Origin: Heptranchias perlo
Lineage: Eukaryota
DNA length: 64,000 bases
Assembly: GCF_035084215.1 (NCBI RefSeq)
Contig: NW_027139666.1
Coordinates: 3,038,001 to 3,102,000 of the forward strand
Reading direction: 5' to 3'
The position numbers were made by a program, and so were the translations under genes. The notes under the pieces are model-generated. The model was not told the DNA's origin, ran no database searches, and saw nothing but the letters and a program-made list of their open reading frames with translations. This document shows positions 53,690-64,000 of the stretch, one piece after another (positions within the stretch are counted from its first letter, which is position 1; each line of letters starts with the position of its first letter).

Positions 53690-56385
53690 ACAGAAACAGA
53701 ATGAATCTCACACTCCGATACAGTACAGAGACAGACATGCAGAAGGAATCCCAAACTCGCATACAGTACTAGAGGTTGCCAGACACAGAGTGAATCCCAT
53801 ACTCAAGTATGGTACCAGAGATGACAGAAACAGAATGAATCCCACTCAGGCATACAGTACCAAGGACAGACAAATACCGAGTTCATCCCACATTCTAATA
53901 AAGCACTAGAGACTGAGAGGTAAAGTATGAATCGCAAACTCACACACAGCAGCAGAGACTGACAGACACAGAATGAATCCCACACTCACACACAGTACCA
54001 GAGAATGACAGATACAGAATGAATCCCACACTCACTCACAGCACCTGAGACTGACAGATACAGAATGAATCCCACACTCACTCATAGCACCCGAGACTGA
54101 GAGATACAAGGTGAATCTCACAGTCACCTACATTAGTGCAGGCTGAGTTATAAATTACGTTCCAGTCCAAAAATCTCAGTGTCAGATTGAAAGATACAGT
54201 ATCAATTCCATTAGTGCAGACTGAGCTGCACATTAGAAACCACGACAACAAAACTGATACAGATTCAGACTGAAATATACAGCATTCCATTCATGCAGAC
54301 TGAGCTACACATTATATACAAGTTCAAAAATGTCACCATATCAATTGGAAGATGCACAAATTCACAATTGTGTTCCCAATGTAGATTTAATAGAAGTCCA
54401 AAAATAGATGCCCACATTATCTTATTACATTTTTTAAAATGTCATTATCTACCAATTAAAACTGGGAAAAATTATTCATACATTTAAGTATTAAAGATAC
54501 AGATGTGAACGCCATCCTGTAAATGAAGATATAAATTAGATACAGATAAAGAATGAATCTCTCACTCCGATAGAGTGCCAGAGACTGATATGTAGAATGA
54601 ATCCCAAACTCATACAATGTACCAGCGACTGACAGATTCAAAATGAATCCCACACTCACACACTGTAGCACAGACTGACAGATACAGAATTTATATCACT
54701 CACATACAGTATCAGACTGATAGATACAGTATCAATTCCTTTAGTGCAGGCTGAGCTACATATTACATACCAGTCCAAAAATCTCATACAATATTAGATT
54801 GAGATGCAGAATTAATCCCATTATTGCTGACTGAGCTATACATTACATACCAATCCAATGATTTCACCACGAACAGATTGAAAGGTACATTATCATTCAC
54901 AATAGAGTTCAGAGATTAAGATGTAATCACACTCCAAAGCTCACACACGTTGTTTGATTAAAGAAAATTGAAAAGTGTATCCATATTTACAAATTAAACA
55001 CTGGCCGAAGAACTGTATATAATTTAAAGTATTAAAGATACAGTTTCAAATACGATACTGTAAACTGAAATAAGAATCCAGAATGAATCCAGACTTGCAC
55101 ATTGAGATAATGTAGCAGAGAATGACAGATACAGAATAAATCCCACACTCACACACAGCACCAGAGACTGACAGATACAGAATTAATCCCACACTCACAC
55201 ACAGTACCAGAGACCGACAGATACAGAATGAATCTCCACACTCACAGACTGTACTGGAGACGACAGATATAGAATGAATGTCACAGTCACATTACTGCAG
55301 ACTGAGTTACACTTTACAGACCAGTCCAAAGATCTCATAGTGGCAGATTGAAAGATACAGTCTAAATTCTATTGGTGCAGACTGAGCTACATATTGGATA
55401 TAGTGGTAAATACTCGTGTTTGCTGAAATAAACATTATCAATGCCATTGGTACAGACTGAGCTACACATTACGTACTAGTCCAAAAATCACAAATGATCA
55501 GATTGGAAGATACAATTTAAATTCTATTCGCACTGCCTGAGCTGAACATTATATATCAGTCCAACAATCTCATACAATATTAGACTGAAAGATACAGAAT
55601 CGATTCAATTAGTGAAAACTGAGCCACACATTATATAGCAATCCAAGAATCTCATACCGTATCAGACTCAAAGATACAATATCAATTCCATTAGCACAGA
55701 CTGAGCTACACGTTACTCACCAGTCCAAAAATCTCATACTGAATCTTTCAATGTGACACTGTATCAATTTCATTCGTGCAGCCTGAGCTATACATTGCAT
55801 TCCAGTCCAAAAATGTCATACAGTATAAGAATGATCGATACAGTATCAATTCCTTTAGTGCGGGATGAGCTACATATTACATACCAGTCCAAAAATCACA
55901 TAAAGTGTTAGACTCAGACGCAGAATTAATCCCATTATTGCAGACTGAACTACACATTGCACACCAGTCCAGTAATTTCAACGTGAACAGATTGAAAGGT
56001 ACATTATCATTCACAATAGAGTTCAGAGATTAAGATGTAACACGACTCCAAAACTCTCACACGTTGTTTGATTAAAGAAAATCAAAAAGTGTATCTGTGT
56101 AAACAAATTAAATGCTCGATGAAGACATGTATATACTTTAAAGTTTCAATACAATAGTGGAAACTGAAATAAGAGTATAGAATGCACATTGTCACAGAGA
56201 TTGAATTGCAGAATGAATCCCACACTGAGATAAAGTAGCAGAGAATGGCAGATACAGAATGTATCCCACACAAAGACAGTACCAGCGACTGATGGATGCA
56301 GAATATACCCCATGCTCTCACTCAGTTACAGAGACTGACAGATACAGAATAAACCCCAGTCTCATATCCAGTACCAGAGACTGAC
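53690..56385. repeat. 46-bp and ~82-bp satellite mosaic
   Basis: Same units as elsewhere. Confidence 0.85.
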
Positions 56386-56904
56386 CTCGACTGACGGGAA
56401 GCGACAACTATAATAAGGCAACAAATTCACATTCTCTGTCGTGGTTCCAGAAACAGGACAATGTGCAATGTGAGGGATGTTTCTGTCTGTAACTTTTACT
56501 GTCGTATTTTTGCACTTTTTGACGGTGAAAAATGAAGACAATTGATTCATAATAAAGTTTTTGTTTCACTCGTTCCATAGTTGTGAATTTGCCCCATTAT
56601 ATATCACTGTACATTGCACAGTATTTCTCTCTGATTTCTCAGGACACGATTTACATTGCTCCCCTACCCCATTTAGACTCTTATTTTCCATGCAGTATGT
56701 GGCCTCCTTATTCCCCCAGCGAAATGCACCAACTCACACCTTTCTATATTGAAATTCAATGGCCATTTACAAGGCCGTTCTGCATGTTTATTTTGTCCCA
56801 GTCTTGATCTGTATTGACTATATCTCCGAAACAAATTACAAGAATTTAACGCAGTATCACAACCAGTGTTTGCTCTAACAAAATGTACTTGCAGCTCGTC
56901 TCCA

Positions 56905-57118
56905 TCCCCAGTTTTTCTAAATGTCACTCGTGCAATATAATGTGAAGAATGAGTTTATCTTCTGTCCCTCTCTCATCTGTAAACTTCATAGACCCGGGGT
57001 TTGGGGACATCTACTGGCCGGAAGCAGAACTGCAACAGTTCAGAACAAATTGCTGAAACCGGACAATGTGCAGTGTGAGCGTGTTTGTGATTGGTGGCAG
57101 GTATTAAATCTGATTTTT
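56905..57118 (+). repeat. Orphan H2B distal promoter segment with CTCF-like site
   Basis: Matches 62295-62510. Confidence 0.8.
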
Positions 57119-57692
57119 TAAAACCTGCCCATTAACCTTTAGTGTTTGTTATGGAACAGTAAACAGAGCCGGACAGTAAGGATATGGGGAGTTATACAAA
57201 AAGCATCTATTGCAGGCATCAGGTGAGAAGTTTGAAGGACACATTTTAAACAGCGGCTGTTTAGTTTTGGTTGAACGGTTAGTCCCATGGGAGAGGGGAT
57301 TAGAAATCTGATATGTGCAAAGGTCTCCGCCCCATCGGGTAGTCCCATTCATGGAACAGTGCAGGGGTTGGGCTGTGTCTGGATGTCACTAAATTGTTGT
57401 AAAACAGCCCAACATACCTGGTGTGCAGAAGCTGAGTGCTGCAGTACTGCAGTGGAGTCAGACACTGACACTGTTTGTATCGCTGGTTTTCATTTGTGGA
57501 TATTACAATGATTATTAACAGAGAGATTCAATTGATCACTTTTGTATTTTCTACCTCAACTGTTCTTGACTTACAAGAGATAATTTTTCTTCCTACAGGC
57601 AAATCCTTGAAGGGCCCAGAATCAGTGTGATGTTTCCTCCACCCGGGGCACAAGGAACAGTGCAGCCAGCTCCTTCTCACACACAGTATGTA

Positions 57693-58603
57693 TAGAGTCA
57701 TAGAGTCATAGAGTTATACAGCATGGATAGAGGCCCTTCGGCCCATCGTGTCCGCGCCGGCCATCAGCCCTGTCTACTCTAATCCCATATTCCAGCATTT
57801 GGTCCGTAGCCTTGTATGCTATGGCATTTCAAGTGCTCATCCAAATGCTTCTTGAATGTTGTGAGGGTTCCTGCCTCCACAACCCTTTCAGACAGTGAGT
57901 TCCAGACTCCAACCACCCTCTGGGTGAAAAAGTTCTTTCTCAATTCCCCTCTAAACCGCCCGCCTTTTACCTTGAATCTATGTCCACTTGTTATTGAACC
58001 CTCAACGAAGGGAAAAAGCTCCTTAGTATCCATCCTATCTGTGCCCCTCATAATTTTGTACACCTCAATCATGTCCCCCCTCAGCCTCCTCTGCTCCAAG
58101 GAAAACAAACCCAATCTTCCCAGTCTCTCTTCATAGCTGAAGCGCTCCAGCCCTGGTAACATCCTGGTGAATCTCCTCTGCACCCTCTCCAAAGCGATCA
58201 CATCCTTCCTGTAGTGTGGCGACCAGAACTGCACACAGTACTCCAGCTGTGGCCTAACCAGTGTTTTATACAGCTCCATCATAACCTCCTTGCTCTTATA
58301 TTCTATGCCTCGGCTGATAAAGGCAAGTCTCCCATATGCCTTCTTTACCACCTTATTTACCTGTTCCGCCGCCTTCAGGGATCTGTGAACTTGCACACCA
58401 AGATCCCTCTGACCCTCTGTCTTGCCTAGGGTCCTCCCATTCATTGTGTATTCCCTTGACTTGTTAGTCCCTCCAAAGTGCATCACCTCGCACTTTTCCG
58501 GGTTAAATTCCATTTGCCACTGTTCCGCCCATCTGACCAACCCATCTATATAGTCCTGCAGACTGAGGCTATCCTCCTCGCTATTTACCACCCTACCAAT
58601 CTT
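57693..58603 (-). mobile_element. Young 5'-truncated CR1/HER1-like LINE (open ORF2 C-terminus, 3' UTR, (CTCTATGA)n tail)
   Basis: Stop-free KIGRVVNSEED...WQMEFNPEKCEVMHFG...[15 protein letters not shown]...QGYGPNAGIWD*; absent from paralogous sites at 34750 and 52920. Confidence 0.93.
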
Positions 58604-58999
58604 TCTTAATATACTCTGTGAGTATATTATCACTCACAGAGCACAGAGACACAGACAGGTCATCAATCCCACAGTCTCACACAGCAGAAATAGTCAATGC
58701 CAAACTGATCCCAATCCAACAGTCAAACAGAGCAGGAGAGACTGACGGAATTTATATTTCACAATGACTCAATACCGCTGACTGGCAGATAAATAATTCC
58801 CAGTCCAAAATCACACCCAGTATCAGATTGAAAGGCACTGTGTTAATCTCACATAAGATCAGAATTAGCTACAAATTAAATACCAGATAGAACTGACACA
58901 TGGTACTGATTGATAGGTACAGAATGAATCACAATAGTGTACCCCGAGATTCAAATTAAATACCAGCCCACAACTCACACCACATTATGAGTTTAAAGA

Positions 59000-60240
59000 T
59001 GCAGTATTCATGCCAATATTATACACTGAGATACAAATTAGATACCAGTTCAGATGTTACCCATATTTGACTCACATATATGTCCAAAAACCTCATAGTG
59101 TCAGAATGAAATGTACAGTTTCAATCCTATTGTTGCAGATTGAGCTACACATTATATACCAGTCCAAAATTTGCATAAAGTATCATACTGGAAGATACAG
59201 TATCAATCCCATTGGACTGAGGTACACATTAGTTACCTGTCCAAAAATCATATTTATCAAACTGAAAGGCAGAGTATCAATTCCCTTACTGCAGACGGAG
59301 GTTCACATTAGATACCTGTCCAGAAATCACGTACAGTACCATACTGAAAGAAATAGTATTGATTTAATTAGTACAGACTGACCTACACGTTACATACCAG
59401 TACAAAAATCTCACACAGTTTCAGACTGGAAGATACAGTATCAATCCCATTAGTGCAGACTGAGGTGTACATTAGATACCAGTCCAAAAGTCACATTCAG
59501 TGTCAAAATGAAAGATACAGTATCAATTCCTTTAGTGCAGACTGAACTACACCTTACAAACCTGTCTAAATATATTACACAGTATCAGACTGAAAGGTAC
59601 AGTATGAATTCCATTAGTACAGACTGAACCACACATTACATACCAGTCCAAAAATCTCATACAGTGTCAGACTGAAAGATACAATAATTATTCTATTAGC
59701 CCAGACTGAGCTACAAAATAAATACCAGTACAATAATTTCACAGTAAAAGATTGAAATACACATTATCTTCACGGAGATTAAGATGTAATCATTCAACAA
59801 AACTCGCACACATTGTTTGATTAAAACAAAATCCAAAAGTGTATCAATATTTACAAATTAATGCAGCACGAAAGATTTGCATACATTAATGAATTAAACA
59901 TGCAGTTTCAAGTACCATACTCTAACCTGAAATAAGAATACAGAACGAATCCAGACTTGCACTTTGCCCAGAGACTGAGTTACAGAATGAATTCCACACT
60001 GAAATAGAATACCAGAGACTGACAGTCACAGAATGAATCCCACACTCACAGATAGCACCAGAGATTGAGAGATACAAAACGAATCACACACTCACACACA
60101 GTACCAGAGACTGACAGATACAGAATGAATCCCACACTCACAGACTGTATTGGAGACTGACGGATACAGAATGAATATCACACTCACATACAGTACCAGA
60201 GAATGACAGACATAGAATTAATGCCACACTCACATGCAGT
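59000..60240. repeat. ~82-bp then 46-bp satellite arrays
   Basis: Direct paralog of 35150-36880. Confidence 0.85.
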
Positions 60241-60999
60241 CTGACATCTACTGGCCATAAGTGAGAACTGTAACTGAGTGGAACAAATTCACATTATCTG
60301 TCGTTGTTCCAGATTCAGGACAATGTGCAATGTGAGGAAATAGTTTCTCTCTGTAACTTCTACTCCCGTACTTTTTCTAATTTTGTCAGTTAAAAATTAG
60401 ACAATTGATTTCGAATAAAGTTTTTGTTTTCCTCATTCGAAAGTTGCCCCATTATATTTCACTCTACATTGCGCAATATTTCTGTCTGAATTCTCAGGAG
60501 ACGATTTATATTAATTCAAATAAACCGAACTGAAACACAAATAAAAACTGAGTGCAAATCTGCAAGTTTCAACGGCGACCGTCAAAAGTGAAAGGGATAA
60601 AATATAGAAAAAAATCAAACCGAAAATGCTGGAAAGGCTCAGCAGGTCCGGCAGCATCTGTGGAGAAGGGAAGCTCGGGTTAACGTTTCAGGACTATGAC
60701 CCTCCTATAGATCAGAAAGGTTAATCCGACATAATTTAAATAAGGAACGGGAATCAGCAGAGGGAAAAACTTCAGAAAATCAATTAATTTCACTGAATCC
60801 GAGCAATTGTGTCCCGTATCCACTGTACAGATCAGGGCAAATAATAATACAAAGGAACAGAGTTAAATTCAACGATATGGGGGAAATAAATGAATTTTAA
60901 AAATATTTTTAAATATAAATTAGACTCGTTTGTGTTTTGAAAACACTATCCCTCTGAAGATCATCAAATTCGGTTCCAGTCTTGGTGTTTCTGAATTCA

Positions 61000-61070
61000 G
61001 CGTGCTGGGATTCAAAACTGTTGGAATTAATTGTTTGGAAGGGAGCGATACTCACCATCATAGCACCTTA
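61000..61070 (-). pseudogene. tRNA-Gly(TCC)-derived pseudogene
   Basis: Reverse strand GGTGCTATGATGGTGAGTATCGCTCCCTTCCAAACAATT. Confidence 0.62.
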
Positions 61071-61244
61071 GTTCACTGGGAGGGAGAAATAGAGCGTTTC
61101 TGTGGAGTTTCGGACTGAATTGCTCCCTTTGGGTTACTGGCACTTTAATCAAAGACAATAAACAGTTCCCAAACATCAGCCCCTGAACAGACACAACAAG
61201 CTGGTCGAATTTCTCATTCATAGATATTAAATAAGAGGATGGCA

Positions 61245-62235
61245 AAAGCGAATAGGAAGAGGTTAGGAAGAAGTCACAAAATACAATTAGGGAAGCAAAC
61301 AGGAATCACAAAATCAAATTATCAAGGAATATAAAAAGAAATCGTAAATTATTGTACAGAGCCAGAAATAACAGAAGGAAAATCAGAATATCTTGAGGGC
61401 CACTAAGGGATTCACAAGATAAACTCACAGTAACGTCAGCGAAATGGCAGAAATATTGAATTATTACTTTCCCTCAGTATTTACCCGGGAGATTAACAGG
61501 GTGAATATGATATAGAGGAAGAGGTCAATAAAGATATCAAGGCATTTAAGTTAGAAAGGATGGTTAAACTCCTGATCCTGATGGATTGCATCTGCACTTA
61601 TTAAATGAAGCAAAGGAAGAGATAGCAGAGGCATTGTTACATATATAGAAAAAATCATTACAGAAAGGAATAGTGCCAGAGGACTGGATGACAGTTGATA
61701 TGATTCTTATATTTTGAAACAGGAAATAGAACAAGTCCAGGGAACTGTGGACCAGTTAACTAAAGGTCGGTGGTAGGAATGATCATGGAATCTTTTACTC
61801 AATGAAGCAACAGAAAAACATGCAGAAACCGAAAATATAATAAAGAATAGTCAGCACGGATTTCAGAAAGGGAAGATTTAATAGTTTGACAGAAGGTTTG
61901 ACAGTTAAAATTACAGTTCAACATAACTTATCTGCTTTTCAAATATATTCCTCCAGAAATAAACCTCTGTGTTTGCATTTCATGGCCTTATCAACCTGTG
62001 TTGCTACTTTTTAAGATTTGTCAATCTGTACCCCTAAATCCCATTGCTCTTCTACCCCATTTAGACTCTTATTTTCAAAGCAGTGTTTGGCCTCCTTATT
62101 CCCCCGAGCAAAATGCACCACCTCACACCTTTCTATATGGAAATTCAATGGCCATTTACACCGACTTTCAGCAAGCTTATTAAAGTCTTCTTCTATTTTG
62201 TCGTAGTCTTCCTCAGTATAGGCTATACCCCCAAC
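61245..62235. mobile_element. Two opposed CR1-like LINE relics, paralogs of 37880-38850
   Basis: GGIAYTEEDYDKIEEDFNKLAE...NFHIERCEVVHF...DLGVQIDKS on the minus strand. Confidence 0.75.
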
Positions 62236-62687
62236 ATTAATTACAAGCATTTAATACAGCATTACAACTCATGTTTTGTCGAACAAACTGTTTTCCATTC
62301 CCAGTTTTTCGAAATCCCACCCGTGCAATATAATGTGAAGAATGAGTTTATCTTCTGTCCCTCTCTCATCTGCAAACTTCAATGACCCGGGGTTTGGGGA
62401 CATCTACTGGCCGGAAGCAGAACTGCAACAGTTCGGAACAAATTGATGAAACCGGACAATGTGCAGTGTGAGCGTGTTTGTGATTGGTGGCAGGTATTAA
62501 ATCTGATTGGATATTTGAAGAAACCAATCAGAGAGTTACAGTTAATTATTGTGACCTCACTACGAATGACCCAATCACAATCATTGCCTTCCTCCATCCC
62601 TCATTACCATAGGGCTGTGGGGCTGCCTATTTAATCCGAGCTCGGAGCGGATTTGGGTCATTTCTGAGTTTGAAATTGAGTTTGAAA

Positions 62688-63062
62688 ATGCCTGAGGACA
62701 AGAAAGCAGCTTCCAAGAAGGGCGCCAAGAAAACCTTGAGTAAAGCACCAGCCAAGGGCGGCAAGAAGCGGAGAAAGTCGAGGAAGGAGAGTTACTCCAT
62801 CTACGTCTACAAAGTGATGAAGCAGGTTCACCCCGACACCGGCATCTCCTCCAAGGCCATGAGCATCATGAACTCCTTTGTGAACGATATTTTCGAGCGC
62901 ATCGCGGGTGAGGCTTCCCGCCTGGCCCATTATAATAAACGGCGCACCATCAGCTCCCGGGAGATCCAGACCGCCGTGCGCCTGCTGCTGCCCGGGGAAC
63001 TGGCCAAGCACGCCGTGTCGGAAGGGACAAAGGCGGTGACCAAGTACACCAGCTCCAAGTAA
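62688..63062 (+). CDS. H2B: Histone H2B
   Basis: [15 protein letters not shown]...[10 protein letters not shown]; intact. Confidence 0.98.
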   Translation: MPEDKKAASKKGAKKTLSKAPAKGGKKRRKSRKESYSIYVYKVMKQVHPDTGISSKAMSIMNSFVNDIFERIAGEASRLAHYNKRRTISSREIQTAVRLLLPGELAKHAVSEGTKAVTKYTSSK

Positions 63063-63098
63063 AACTCCACAATGTACTGAAAAGAAAATAAACACAAA

Positions 63099-63114
63099 GG
63101 CTCTTTTCAGAGCC
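63099..63114 (+). other. Histone 3' stem-loop (H2B)
   Basis: GGCTCTTTTCAGAGCC-ACCCA. Confidence 0.95.
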
Positions 63115-63879
63115 ACCCACAGTCTCTCTGAAAAACTGTACCAACACCTCTATGGAATCATTTTACTGTCGATAGTTTGATACTCACTGTCTCTCTAACT
63201 TGTGCTTTTGTAATTTCACTTGAAATCTGGTAGATTCTCATAATCACTGCCCGGTATAATCTCTGTCGTTGTTTTATTTAGTTTCAATAACAAAAAACGT
63301 GTCCCTGATCCTCTCGTTCCCGGTCATATTCCGCCCCTTCCCCCGCATCTGCCCCTTCAGAGCCGTTTTAAGGTCATTTCTTTCTCCTTTTCACGTTTTT
63401 TTGTTCATTATTCGGGAATATCACTTTCAGAACCGCAATCCTCTTTAAAGCAACAACCCTGAAAGGGACTTCACACCGACTACAGAATAGTCTAAAGGCT
63501 CTGTCACTGTTCGACTTCTTACACCAGGAGTCTCGGCTCCGGTTTCGATCGCGCTGCAGCTCCAGTGAACAGGGATCAATCCACAATCTGTGGTTTGTTA
63601 CTTTTACAAAGATTGAGCTGGGATCTGTCCCGTTACAAAATGGGACTTTATTCCCGCCGGATTGAAAGCGAACGGTGAACGAAGCGACTTCTAACCGGAA
63701 TGTAAAAGATTCTGGAAGTTGTGACTGGAAATGTGGAATAACAGAGTAAAAGGAGAGAGATTTTTAAATCTTTGTCTTAAGGCGACATTATTTACTTAAT
63801 CCGCTTCTTGTGTTACAAATATATTGGCGGGCTTTTCAAATTTCAATAAAACGGTTCAGTTCGGTATTTTCCGCCTTTT

Positions 63880-64000
63880 TCTCATTGCCGGCTATTGATT
63901 GGTGAATAAAACAGCTCTCTCATTTGGCTGTTCGTTGAACCAATGAGATTGAGAACAGATGAACCAATCACAAGTGCCCCCACTGCACTCCTCCAGAAGG
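63880..64000 (+). promoter_or_regulatory. Promoter of the next H2A gene (CDS beyond the window)
   Basis: Near-identical to 40520-40636; the window ends just before the TATA box. Confidence 0.85.

Overview
Vertebrate DNA, most likely a cartilaginous fish (inferred from the CR1/HER1-like, Tx1-like and Penelope-like repeat relics and an 'MEKPWKC'-type zinc-finger gene). The window is part of a replication-dependent histone cluster. It holds one complete quintet H2B(+) H2A(+) H3(-) H4(-) H1(-) at 39.3-45.0 kb, each gene with a 3' stem-loop. A second H2B and the next H2A promoter lie 23.4 kb downstream (62.7-64 kb), and an inverted, window-truncated H2B lies at 1-218. The spacers are mosaics of shared modules: 46/39/82-bp satellites, LINE relics, tRNA-Gly pseudogenes, orphan H2B distal promoters, a conserved palindromic module and a CpG/NRF1 promoter-like module. 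Positions 1-10.4 kb and 26-39.5 kb form inverted arms around a unique core (10.4-26 kb) with an H2A pseudogene, an intact tRNA-Gly(TCC), a decayed hAT (Buster/Charlie-type) transposon and a 13-finger C2H2 gene. The most notable unexplained signal is about 16 bipartite CTCF-like motifs (upstream TGCAG motif plus core). They are forward on the left arm and almost all reverse to the right, so they converge on the core. All similarity calls were made by eye, without database searches.
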